Shown here: positions 1 to 8,883 of the stretch, piece by piece
Layout: the number at the start of each line of letters is the position of its first letter
Position numbering within the stretch: the stretch's first letter is position 1
Origin: an uncultured Phascolarctobacterium sp.
Lineage (GTDB): Bacteria; Bacillota; Negativicutes; Acidaminococcales; Acidaminococcaceae
NCBI GenBank assembly: GCA_900757795.1
Contig: CAAEPE010000045.1
Coordinates: 33,062 to 97,061, forward strand
Length of the DNA: 64,000 nucleotides
Direction: 5' to 3'
Translations under genes and position numbers: made by a program
Notes under the pieces: generated by a model
Databases searched by the model: none
What the model was told of the DNA's origin: nothing
Seen by the model: the letters and a program-made list of their open reading frames with translations, nothing else

Positions 1-676
1 TCCTATGGTTGCGCAACTGCATGAGCATTATTTAAGCCAAATTAAGGGTTTTCAGTTATGCGATATTGCTAATAACGGCGATGCGGCTCTAAAATTATTG
101 AGTAAAAAAATATATGATTTATTGATCCTTGATATTTTTATGCCTACTATGGATGGGCTGCAGCTTTTAGCAAAGATTCGTGAAAACGCTTATGATTTAG
201 ATGTAATCATTGTATCTGCTGCTAATGATAAGGATAAGATAAAGCAGGCTCTGCGCCTTGGTGCAGTTGACTATATTATTAAACCCTTTGAATTTGAACG
301 TTTTAATTTAGCTTTAAACAATTATCTTAAGCGTTACCATATTGTGGAAGAGCAAAGTATTATTGAACAAGCCGATTTGGACCAAACTATTATCCGCAGG
401 GAAGAACAACTGGTAGTTAGTTTGCCCAAAGGTTTGGATAAAAATACTTTGGCTACCGTTTGGCAGTGTATCTGCGGAATAGAGGGCATGTTTACGACAG
501 AAGAGGTAGCTGGTAAAGTAGGTATTTCCCGCGTTTCTATCCGCAAATATTTGGAGTTTTTAAAATCACTGCGTTTATTAAAATTGGATTTACACCGCGG
601 TTCTGTAGGCAGACCCGTATATAAATATTTATGCCTTGATAAACAAAGTGATGTTTTGAGGGCATACATTCAATAA
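1..676 (+). CDS. Response regulator of the CitB/DcuR type (receiver domain plus C-terminal HTH); 5' end truncated by the window edge
   Basis: Receiver motifs (LILDIFMP acceptor Asp, SAANDKD, KP) and a C-terminal HTH. The conserved N-terminal roughly 15 aa is missing, so the gene starts upstream of the window. Confidence 0.75.
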   Translation, partial: PMVAQLHEHYLSQIKGFQLCDIANNGDAALKLLSKKIYDLLILDIFMPTMDGLQLLAKIRENAYDLDVIIVSAANDKDKIKQALRLGAVDYIIKPFEFERFNLALNNYLKRYHIVEEQSIIEQADLDQTIIRREEQLVVSLPKGLDKNTLATVWQCICGIEGMFTTEEVAGKVGISRVSIRKYLEFLKSLRLLKLDLHRGSVGRPVYKYLCLDKQSDVLRAYIQ

Positions 677-693
677 TAAAGAGAGGCTAAAAA

Positions 694-1425
694 ATGCTAG
701 AGCCAATAAAAATTTTAGGTGTTCCCGTACATCCGCTGACAATGCAGCAATCTGTTGATGAATTAGAAGAACGTTTGCTGGCTGGCAAGCAAACCTTTGT
801 TGTTACTGCCAATGCCGAAATAATTATGATGTGTCAGCATGACGCTGAATATAATCACATAATCAGCAGGGAAGCAGAGCTGGTGCTGCCGGATGGAGCG
901 GGAGCGGTATGGGCAGGACGGTATCTTGGCTACAAGGTGCCTGAACGTGTAGCTGGTTTTGATTTGTATAATCATTTGTTGGCTTTGTCGGCCAAAAAAG
1001 GTTATAAAGCATACTTTTTCGGCGGTTCGCCTAATATTGCCGAGGCTGCTAAGATTAAGTCTGAAAGCTTGTATCCGGGAGTGCAGATAGTTGGCTGTCA
1101 TAACGGGTATTTTACGGCGGAGGATGAACCGCAAATTATTGAAGCGATAAACAATTCCGGAGCGGATATGTTGTTTGTGGCTTTAGGAGCGCCTAAACAG
1201 GAAAAATGGATTTTGGCTAATCGTCAAGCTTTAAAGCCGCGCATTATTATGGGCATCGGTGGCAGCTTTGATGTGCTGGCAGGTAAAATGGAGCGTGCTC
1301 CTAAATGGATGCAGGATGCTTCTTTAGAGTGGGCTTTCCGTTTATACAAACAGCCCAGTCGTTTTATGCGTATGTTGGCGCTGCCTAAATTTGTGCTGAA
1401 GGTAATTTTTCACGGCAAAGATTAA
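694..1425 (+). CDS. WecB/TagA/CpsF-family glycosyltransferase (TagA-like N-acetylmannosaminyltransferase)
   Basis: 243 aa. Family-typical ILGVPV..., ...FFGGSP... and FVALGAPKQE motifs. AAGAGAGG RBS before the ATG. Confidence 0.75.
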   Translation: MLEPIKILGVPVHPLTMQQSVDELEERLLAGKQTFVVTANAEIIMMCQHDAEYNHIISREAELVLPDGAGAVWAGRYLGYKVPERVAGFDLYNHLLALSAKKGYKAYFFGGSPNIAEAAKIKSESLYPGVQIVGCHNGYFTAEDEPQIIEAINNSGADMLFVALGAPKQEKWILANRQALKPRIIMGIGGSFDVLAGKMERAPKWMQDASLEWAFRLYKQPSRFMRMLALPKFVLKVIFHGKD

Positions 1426-1512
1426 AAATCGACATTGATGCAGAGAAAATTACTGTTTACTGTTAAATATTTAACGCTTAGAATAGACAAAAAACATAAG
1501 CTGTATTATAAT

Positions 1513-1553
1513 AAAGTGATGGAAAGGCCTAGTTAAGCTGTCCATCACTTTTT
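1513..1553 (+). terminator. Rho-independent terminator after the tagA-like gene
   Basis: Perfect 11-bp stem AAAGTGATGGA/TCCATCACTTT followed by a T-run. Confidence 0.6.
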
Positions 1554-1596
1554 GTGTTATGTAAGTTTTTAAATATATTGCCTTTAGAGAAAGCGA

Positions 1597-2234
1597 GGAT
1601 TTTGATGTTTATTATTAAAGATGGATATCCTTTTATTATAACCTGTTTGCTTGCAGCAGCCATAGTATATTATTTTTTTGGCGCTGCTTGGGCAGTAATT
1701 CCGTTAGTATTGGCGATCTATTTTGCGTATTTCTTTAGGGATTTTCACCGCAGCATGCCTTATGACCCCAATATTTTATATTCTCCTGCCGACGGTACGG
1801 TTATGGGCATTGAAGAAATTTTTGATGATGAATATTTAAATGAACCAGCTTTGAAGCTGACGATTTTTCTTTCCGTTTTTAACGTGCATACCAACCGCAG
1901 TCCTTTAGACGGCGAGATAAAATATCAGCGTTATACCTGCGGTCAGTTTGTACCGGCTTATGAAAAATCCGCGTCCTTTGAAAATGAACGCCATGCCATT
2001 GGTATAGATAACGGCAAAATGCGTTTTCTGGTTATTCAGGTGGCAGGACTTTTAGCCCGCCGCATCGTGTCTTGGGTGACGGTCGGCCATCAATTAAAGC
2101 AGGGCGAAACCTACGGTATGATTAAATTCGGTTCCAGTACAGAATTGATTGTTCCGCGTAATGTAGAAATTACGGTCAAAAAGGGACAAACTGTTGTCGG
2201 CGGCGTAACCGTAGTAGGGAGGATAAAAGCATAA
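1597..2234 (+). CDS. psd: Phosphatidylserine decarboxylase (archaeal/Asd-type short form)
   Basis: Family motifs GTVMGIEEI, FLSVFNVHTNRSPLDGEI and the GSST cleavage region. The ORF extends upstream to 1554, but ATG 1597 with a GAGGAT RBS is the likelier start. Confidence 0.8.
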
Positions 2235-2917
2235 TGAATTATCGTAGGCTTGTACCTAACAGCATTAGCTCTGCTAGTTTAATTTTTGGTATACTTTCTA
2301 TTTTTAAAACCATTCAAGGAGATTTTTTTTACGCTCCTATTTTTATCGTTATTGCGGTGATTTTTGATTCCCTTGACGGTCGTGCTGCGCGAGCTTTGGG
2401 TGTGGGCGGCGGAGATTTTGGCAAGGAAATGGATTCCCTCTGCGATATGTGTTCCTTTGGTGTTGCTCCGGCTATTATGATTTATCAATTTGGCTTGCAA
2501 GAACTAGGTCTTATTGGTCAGGTAATTGCAGCATTGTTTGCCGTAGGCGGCTGTCTGCGTTTAGCACGCTTTAACTGCAATACAGGAGTGGTACACGGTT
2601 ATTTTCAAGGAATGCCAATTCCTGCGGGCGCGTGCTTTTTAGCTGCTTATGTTTTAAGCGGCTACTGCTTTAGTGCTTATTTAACTGCATTAATGACCTT
2701 AGTTATTGCTGTCATTATGTACAGTAATGTTAAATTTCCCGATTTTAAGGGTAAGGGCAATCCTATGTATCGTATTCCGGTAATTGTCGCTTTGGTTATC
2801 GGCGCGGCAATGCTGTTCAATCGTCCGGGAGCATGGCCTTTTGTCGCTATGTTCACATATACAATAGCCGGTATTATCAACCATATTTATCGTGCAGCTA
2901 CGGGTAAAAATAATTAA
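2234..2917 (+). CDS. pssA: CDP-diacylglycerol--serine O-phosphatidyltransferase
   Basis: CDP-alcohol phosphatidyltransferase signature DSLDGRAARALGVGGGDFGKEMDSLCD. Multiple TM helices. Start overlaps the psd stop (ATAATG). Confidence 0.8.
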   Translation: MNYRRLVPNSISSASLIFGILSIFKTIQGDFFYAPIFIVIAVIFDSLDGRAARALGVGGGDFGKEMDSLCDMCSFGVAPAIMIYQFGLQELGLIGQVIAALFAVGGCLRLARFNCNTGVVHGYFQGMPIPAGACFLAAYVLSGYCFSAYLTALMTLVIAVIMYSNVKFPDFKGKGNPMYRIPVIVALVIGAAMLFNRPGAWPFVAMFTYTIAGIINHIYRAATGKNN

Positions 2918-2950
2918 GTTTACGATAAATTTCAGTAAGGGAGATTTTTG

Positions 2951-4246
2951 ATGTATACAGTTTTTGATATAGTCATGATACCTTTGCAGATATTGATTAT
3001 ATTTTTTACGCTCTATTACTTCTTTGTTTCTTGGTTTGGACTGTTTGGTAAGAAAAAAGAGGTTAAGATATATGATGAAAGCAAAACCTTTGCTTTGATT
3101 GCCTGTGCCCATAACGAAGAGCAGGTTATTGCTCAGCTGGTAGATAATCTGCGCCGCTTAAATTACAATGACGCATTATATGATGTTTTCGTAGTGGCAG
3201 ATAATTGCAGCGACCATACTGCCGATGTTGCCAGAAAAGCAGGCGCTATAGTACACGAGCGTTTCAGTGAAGAAGGCAAGGGTAAAGGCTTTGCGCTTGC
3301 ATGGATGTTTGAGCGTTTGTTCAAGCTGGAAAAGAAATATGACGCAGTCTGCGTTTTTGACGCCGATAATTTAGTGCATCCTGATTTTTTACGGGAAATG
3401 AACAGTCGCCTGTGCCATGGCGAGCGTATTATTCAGGGCTATATTGACGCTAAAAACCCCACTGATACTTGGGTAAGCGGTGTTTTTGCTATTTCTTTTT
3501 GGATTGTCAACCACGTATGGAGCTTGGCTAAATACAATATGGGTTTGTCTTGCTGCTTGGGCGGCACCGGCATGTGCTTTGATACAGAGGTTTTAAAGCG
3601 TTATGGCTGGCGTGCCACCTGTCTTACCGAGGATATGGAATTTACTATTCAGGCAATGATGGAAAACATTCCTACTACTTGGGCGCATGATGCTATTATA
3701 TATGATGAAAAGCCGCTGACCTTTATGCAGACCTGGCATCAGCGTAAGCGTTGGTCCCAAGGACACTTTGACGTGGCAGATCGTTATTTATGGCCGATGA
3801 TAAAAAAAGCTATCAAAACTCGTAATATTGTCATGCTTGACTGCTCCGTGAATTTGATTCAGCCGTATTTTTTGATGGTTTCAACATTTTTTGTGCTGTG
3901 CAGCTATATTTATAATTATGTACCGTTCTATACCAACATTTTGTATAAGGTCATTCCTGTAGAGGTTTGGACTCTTGTTGGTGTTGGTCAGTATATTTTT
4001 CCGGTAGCTGTATTGTGGAAAATTCATGCTTCTTTAAAATCGTGGTTTTATCTGTTGCTGTATCCGATATTTATTTACAGCTGGATTCCCATTACTGCTT
4101 TAGGCTGGTGGCACCGTAATGACCACGAGTGGAATCATACTCTGCATACTCGTGGTATTAGCTTTGATGATGTTATTATTCCTGATGATGCGGTTAACGA
4201 TGGACCTAAAGAGGTTGTTTTTGTGCGTAATAAAAAAGAAAATTAA
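2951..4246 (+). CDS. Processive family-2 membrane glycosyltransferase (cellulose/chitin/PgaC-like architecture)
   Basis: N-terminal TM helix, GT-A domain with DAD (VFDADNL) and a QRKRW (QxxRW) motif, and a C-terminal multi-TM region. AGGGAG RBS. Confidence 0.7.
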   Translation: MYTVFDIVMIPLQILIIFFTLYYFFVSWFGLFGKKKEVKIYDESKTFALIACAHNEEQVIAQLVDNLRRLNYNDALYDVFVVADNCSDHTADVARKAGAIVHERFSEEGKGKGFALAWMFERLFKLEKKYDAVCVFDADNLVHPDFLREMNSRLCHGERIIQGYIDAKNPTDTWVSGVFAISFWIVNHVWSLAKYNMGLSCCLGGTGMCFDTEVLKRYGWRATCLTEDMEFTIQAMMENIPTTWAHDAIIYDEKPLTFMQTWHQRKRWSQGHFDVADRYLWPMIKKAIKTRNIVMLDCSVNLIQPYFLMVSTFFVLCSYIYNYVPFYTNILYKVIPVEVWTLVGVGQYIFPVAVLWKIHASLKSWFYLLLYPIFIYSWIPITALGWWHRNDHEWNHTLHTRGISFDDVIIPDDAVNDGPKEVVFVRNKKEN

Positions 4247-4256
4247 ATTTCTATTT

Positions 4257-4291
4257 AACTCCGTAGCTTCGTTGTTACGGAGTTATTTTTA
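4257..4291 (+). terminator. Rho-independent terminator after the GT2 gene
   Basis: Stem AACTCCGTA/TACGGAGTT followed by ATTTTTAT. Confidence 0.6.
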
Positions 4292-4294
4292 TAC

Positions 4295-4324
4295 AGTGTA
4301 TACTGATGTGCATGAGTATACAGT
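4295..4324. promoter_or_regulatory. Imperfect palindrome AGTGTATACT-N10-AGTATACAGT (GTATAC cores), a candidate operator upstream of the HAD-mtnP-mtnA operon
   Basis: 10-bp inverted arms with one mismatch, lying between the upstream terminator and an extended -10 (TGATATAAT) promoter. Confidence 0.3.
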
Positions 4325-4405
4325 ATATGTTGAAGTAATACGTTTCTTTTATATGGAATTTATGATATAATACTAGAATAAAATAGCATAATGAGGAGAA
4401 CTATT

Positions 4406-5083
4406 TTGATAAAAGGAATCCTATTTGATTTTGATGGTACTTTAGCCAATACAATAGATTTAATAGTAGCGACATTTGAGTATACCTTGCAGACGGCTTT
4501 AGGCCGTACTCCGCCTAGGCAGGAAATTATCAATACTATTGGTTTGCCTTTAGGTGATGCTATGACTATACTTTCAGGTCAGCCGGAAAAAGTAATGGAG
4601 TTGCGCCAAATTTACAAGGTCTTTAATGCAGCGAATCACGATAAAATGATTAAACCTATTGCTGGTGTTGCAGAACTATTAGCTGATTTAAAGCAGCAAG
4701 GAATTAAAATAGCTGTTGTTACCTCAAAGAAACAGCCTATGCTGGAAAGAGGTATCAACTGTTTAAAAATAACTCCTTATATTGACGCTACGATTTCGGT
4801 ATTAGATACGGAGCGAAGCAAACCTTATCCTGACCCAATGTTTTTAGCTTGTAAAAAGCTTGGCCTGCGTCCCGAAGAATGCCTGTGCGTAGGCGATAGT
4901 CATTACGATTTACAAAGTGGTCATGCTGCAGGCTGCAAGACAGTTGCGGTAGGCTATACTATGTTTTCTTGGCAAAAAATTTTAGACGAGGGAAAACCAG
5001 ATTATACTATTATTAAACCGCAGGATTTAGTACAAATTATAGAAAAAATAAATTTAGAGGAGGCAAAAAAATGCGTAAAATAG
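4406..5083 (+). CDS. HAD-superfamily hydrolase (phosphoglycolate phosphatase/PpaX-like)
   Basis: HAD motif I FDFDGTLANT and downstream motifs (VVTSK, GDSHYD). The likely start is TTG 4406, seven nt after a GAGGAG RBS; the ORF track begins at ATG 4391. Confidence 0.7.
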   Translation: MIKGILFDFDGTLANTIDLIVATFEYTLQTALGRTPPRQEIINTIGLPLGDAMTILSGQPEKVMELRQIYKVFNAANHDKMIKPIAGVAELLADLKQQGIKIAVVTSKKQPMLERGINCLKITPYIDATISVLDTERSKPYPDPMFLACKKLGLRPEECLCVGDSHYDLQSGHAAGCKTVAVGYTMFSWQKILDEGKPDYTIIKPQDLVQIIEKINLEEAKKCVK

Positions 5084-5868
5084 CGATTATTGGTGGCACT
5101 GGCATTTATAGTCCGGAAGCTTTAAGTGGTTTTGAAGAAAAAATTGTTGAAACACCCTATGGTTCTGCTTTGTGCAACATTGGTTACATAGCAGGTAATC
5201 AAGTGATATTTATTACTCGACACGGTATTGGCCATAAAACAGCTCCTCATAAAGTAAATTATCGTGCTAATATTTGGGCGTTGAAAAGCTTGGGTACGGA
5301 AGAGATTTTTGCTACTACTGCTGTAGGCAGCTTGAATCCGGAAATGCAAGCCGGTCATTTTGTAGTATGTGACAATGTTTTGGATTTTACAAAAAGCCGG
5401 ATCAATACTTTTTATGATACTCCTGAACGCGGCGTAGTGCATGTGGATTTTTCTTATCCCTATTGTCCCATGGTACGCGAAAAAGTTATTAAATGCTTAG
5501 AAAAAACTAATATTACTTTCCATAAGACTGGCACTTATGTTTGTACCGAAGGTCCGCGCTTTGAAAGTGCCGCTGAAATTAAAATGTTTGCCATGTTGGG
5601 CGGCGACGTTGTAGGTATGACTAATATGCCAGAGTGTATTTTGGCTCGTGAAGCAGAAATGTGTTACAGTACTTGTTCTATTGTAACTAATATGGCTGCC
5701 GGCATTTCTCCAACTCCATTGTCCCATGCAGAGGTCGTGGAAGCAATGGGTAAGAGTATTGCAAATATGAATAAGCTTATTGAAGCTTTTATCAACTATA
5801 ACGAACCAACGGAAGCAACATGTAACTGTCACGAAGCCCTAAAAGAATTTGGCGGCTTTAAGCTGTAA
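5071..5868 (+). CDS. mtnP: S-methyl-5'-thioadenosine phosphorylase (PNP/MTAP family)
   Basis: IAIIGGTG N-terminus and the PNP-family phosphate and purine pocket motifs. GAGGAGG RBS. Confidence 0.8.
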   Translation: MRKIAIIGGTGIYSPEALSGFEEKIVETPYGSALCNIGYIAGNQVIFITRHGIGHKTAPHKVNYRANIWALKSLGTEEIFATTAVGSLNPEMQAGHFVVCDNVLDFTKSRINTFYDTPERGVVHVDFSYPYCPMVREKVIKCLEKTNITFHKTGTYVCTEGPRFESAAEIKMFAMLGGDVVGMTNMPECILAREAEMCYSTCSIVTNMAAGISPTPLSHAEVVEAMGKSIANMNKLIEAFINYNEPTEATCNCHEALKEFGGFKL

Positions 5869-5884
5869 GGAGATTTTGCAGATA

Positions 5885-6946
5885 ATGGTGGAAACGATGC
5901 GCTGGGAGCAGCAGACGCAAAGCTTGATGCTTTTAGACCAAACTAAGCTGCCCCAAAAATGTATTTTTATTACCTGTCAGGATTATCTGCGGGTGAAGCT
6001 GGCGATTGAGCGCTTAGAGGTTCGCGGTGCGCCAGCTATCGGTACTGCTGCCGCCTTTGGTATGGTGTTGGGGGCTTTGGCGTGTGCCAATAAGCCTGAT
6101 TTTATCCATGCTTTGACTAAGGTGCGCGCAGAGCTTATAAGTGCACGGCCTACAGCAGTAAATTTGGCTTGGGCTTGTAACAAGCAATTTGAGCTGGCGG
6201 TTAAGCTGCATGAAAAAGAAGTTGTTCCTTATAAAATTATCCAGGAGTTAGAACTTTCGGCGTGTACGATTTATGAGGAAGATATTGCCCGCAACAAAAA
6301 ATTAGGCGAGTATGGCGCTAGTGTTTTACCTAATAATACAGTCGTTTTAACGCATTGTAATGCCGGTGCGCTGGCTACTTGTGGCTGGGGTACGGCATTG
6401 GGAGTAATTCGCAGCGCTCATGCTTTAGGAAAAATAAAAATGGTTTATGCTGATGAAACTAGACCGCTTTTACAGGGCGCGAGACTGACTGCTTACGAAT
6501 TGCTGGAGGATAAAATCCCTGTTACTCTGATTACAGATAATATGGCAGCCTGGATCATGAAAACTAAAGGCGTGAATGCCGTTGTAGTGGGCGCGGATAG
6601 AATTGCTGCTAATGGTGATACGGCTAATAAAATAGGCACCTATGGTGTAGCGTTGGCTGCCAAAGCTAATGGTATACCTTTTTATATTGCCGCACCAGTA
6701 AGCACCTTTGATTTTTCTCTTAGCAGCGGTGAACAAATTCCCATTGAGGAGCGTGCCGGCGAGGAAGTAAAAGCCTTTCGCAGCGAGCAGGCTGCTCCTA
6801 GGGGCGTTGCTGCCTTTAATCCTGCTTTTGATGTTACACCGTCAGAGCTGATTGCAGGAATTATTACAGAATATGGTGTGATTACCGCACCCTATATAGA
6901 AAATATTAAACATCTGCGAAAGCAGAGCGAGGAGGATTTTTCATAA
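5885..6946 (+). CDS. mtnA: S-methyl-5-thioribose-1-phosphate isomerase (eIF-2B-related family)
   Basis: W..Q..L.LLDQTKLP N-terminus and GADRIAANGDTANKIGTY core. Start is ambiguous between 5849 and 5885. Confidence 0.8.
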   Translation: MVETMRWEQQTQSLMLLDQTKLPQKCIFITCQDYLRVKLAIERLEVRGAPAIGTAAAFGMVLGALACANKPDFIHALTKVRAELISARPTAVNLAWACNKQFELAVKLHEKEVVPYKIIQELELSACTIYEEDIARNKKLGEYGASVLPNNTVVLTHCNAGALATCGWGTALGVIRSAHALGKIKMVYADETRPLLQGARLTAYELLEDKIPVTLITDNMAAWIMKTKGVNAVVVGADRIAANGDTANKIGTYGVALAAKANGIPFYIAAPVSTFDFSLSSGEQIPIEERAGEEVKAFRSEQAAPRGVAAFNPAFDVTPSELIAGIITEYGVITAPYIENIKHLRKQSEEDFS

Positions 6947-6948
6947 AT

Positions 6949-8193
6949 ATGGAAAGTATCATTAAAGATATCAAGCTGGCTCCTTTAGGTCACCAGCGTA
7001 TTGCGTGGGCAAAGGAATATATGCCTTTACTAAATATTTTAAATGAACAGTACAGCAAAACGCAGCCTTTTAAAGGCATGAATATGATTGTTACCATTCA
7101 TTTGGAGGCTAAAACTGCTTATTTGGCAATGGTTCTGAAAAATGCCGGCGCTAATGTAGTTGTTACTGGCAGCAATCCCTTATCTACTCAAGACGAAATT
7201 GCTGCGGCTTTAGTTGACAGCGGCATTACTGTTTTTGCAACTCATGCCTGCACTAATGAAGAATATGATATGTATTTGCGTGAAGCGTTAAAGGTTGAGC
7301 CAGATTTGATTATTGACGATGGCGGTGATTTGGTGAATATGCTTCATGGCGAGCGTCGCGATTTAATCGGCAAGCTTTTGGGAGGCAGTGAAGAAACTAC
7401 TACCGGTGTACATCGTCTGAAAGCTTTGGCTGCTGCAGGTCATTTGGCTTTTCCGATGATTGCCGTTAATGATGCTTATTGCAAATATCTTTTTGATAAT
7501 CGCTATGGCACCGGACAATCCTCTTGGGACGGCATTATGCGCACTACCAATATGTCGGTTGCGGGCAGAACCGTTGTTGTAGCTGGCTACGGCTGGTGTG
7601 GCAAGGGCGTTGCTATGCGCGCTAAAGGCTTAGGAGCTAACGTTATTGTTACGGAAGTGGATCCGATTAAAGGCATTGAAGCAGTTTTTGACGGTTTCCG
7701 CGTAATGCCCATGCAGGAAGCTGCTAAGTATGGCGATATTTTTGTTACAGTAACCGGCTGTAAGGATGTTATTACCAAAGAACATATGCAGGTAATGAAA
7801 AACGGCGCTGTAATGTGCAATGCGGGTCACTTTGATGTAGAGGTAAATAAACATCACTTAGAAGAACTTTCTGTTGAGCCTCCTTATGAAGTGCGCAAAA
7901 ATATTATGACTTACACTATGGCTGACGGACGCAAACTGAATTTGTTGGGCGAAGGACGCTTGGTAAACTTGGCCTGCGGCGACGGTCATCCTATTGAAAT
8001 TATGGATTTGTCCTTTGCTATGCAATTCCTAGCTATGAAATATTTGCTGGATAATAAGGGGAAACTAGAAAACAAGCTTTATGTTTTGCCGGAAGAATTG
8101 AATACGGAGGTAGCTGCGCTGAAGCTGCACGCTATGGGCGCAGGTATAGATACCTTAACCGAAGAACAAAAGGCTTATTTAGCTGCTGAATGA
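6949..8193 (+). CDS. ahcY: Adenosylhomocysteinase
   Basis: Typical SAH hydrolase N-terminus (DIKLAPLGHQRIAWA..MP), NAD-binding VAGYGWCGKG and a C-terminal tail. GAGGAGG RBS. Confidence 0.9.
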   Translation: MESIIKDIKLAPLGHQRIAWAKEYMPLLNILNEQYSKTQPFKGMNMIVTIHLEAKTAYLAMVLKNAGANVVVTGSNPLSTQDEIAAALVDSGITVFATHACTNEEYDMYLREALKVEPDLIIDDGGDLVNMLHGERRDLIGKLLGGSEETTTGVHRLKALAAAGHLAFPMIAVNDAYCKYLFDNRYGTGQSSWDGIMRTTNMSVAGRTVVVAGYGWCGKGVAMRAKGLGANVIVTEVDPIKGIEAVFDGFRVMPMQEAAKYGDIFVTVTGCKDVITKEHMQVMKNGAVMCNAGHFDVEVNKHHLEELSVEPPYEVRKNIMTYTMADGRKLNLLGEGRLVNLACGDGHPIEIMDLSFAMQFLAMKYLLDNKGKLENKLYVLPEELNTEVAALKLHAMGAGIDTLTEEQKAYLAAE

Positions 8194-8199
8194 TGCCTT

Positions 8200-8871
8200 A
8201 TGGATATTTTGATGAAACAAGAGGCTTGTGCAGCCATCGTCGATATGGGGCACAGACTGCTAGATAAACATCTTGTCGCAGGCTCTTGGGGAAATATCAG
8301 CTGTCGAGTAGATGAAAATACTCTTGCTATTACTCCTTCAGGCCGCGGTTACGAAAACCAAAAGCCGGAGGATATAGTGCTTTTGGATAATCAAGGCAAT
8401 GTAGTTGAGGGAAAGCACATTCCCTCCTCTGAAAGCAAGCTGCACGTAGCTATATATGACGCTTATCCGGAAGCCAAAGCGATAATCCATACGCACAGTA
8501 TTTATGCCAGCGCATTAGCAGCTATGCGCGAGGATGTGCCTGCGATTATTGAGGATATTGTACAAATTTGCGGCGGCAAAGTTTATTGTGCTGAGTATGC
8601 CTTGCCGGGAACGCAGGAGCTGGCGGATAACGCTGTTAAAGCTTTGCGTGGACGCAAGGCGGCGCTGTTAGCAAATCATGGCGCTGTCTGTTGGGGTAAA
8701 AGCCTTGCTGACGCGCTGATTGTGTGCGAAATTTTAGAAAAGGCTGCTCAAATTTCACTTATTTGTCGCGGAGCAGGCGGCAAGGTATTTGAGTTAGATG
8801 CGGCAGATGCCGAAGCCATGCACAGCTTTTATGAACAGCATTATTCCAAACGCCAAATGGGCGAGGAATAA
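8200..8871 (+). CDS. Class II aldolase/adducin-family protein. From context it is either the aldolase of a DHAP-shunt-type salvage route or MtnB-like
   Basis: Fuculose-phosphate aldolase fold motifs (HTHS, metal-binding His cluster, ...NHGAV..G). It sits immediately after mtnA. Confidence 0.65.
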   Translation: MDILMKQEACAAIVDMGHRLLDKHLVAGSWGNISCRVDENTLAITPSGRGYENQKPEDIVLLDNQGNVVEGKHIPSSESKLHVAIYDAYPEAKAIIHTHSIYASALAAMREDVPAIIEDIVQICGGKVYCAEYALPGTQELADNAVKALRGRKAALLANHGAVCWGKSLADALIVCEILEKAAQISLICRGAGGKVFELDAADAEAMHSFYEQHYSKRQMGEE

Positions 8872-8883
8872 AGAGGTGGTACT

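Noticed and set aside
4119-4370. 83-aa plus-strand ORF overlapping the 3' end of the GT2 gene and its terminator
   Set aside because: It has no RBS and overlaps a well-supported gene and a terminator hairpin. The Leu/Phe-rich translation is typical of an AT-rich frame artefact.
4247-4405. Possible SAM (S-box) riboswitch ahead of the mtnP-mtnA-ahcY cluster
   Set aside because: The leader is about 110 nt after the upstream terminator and lacks S-box conserved blocks. Only a short palindrome and an extended -10 promoter are present.
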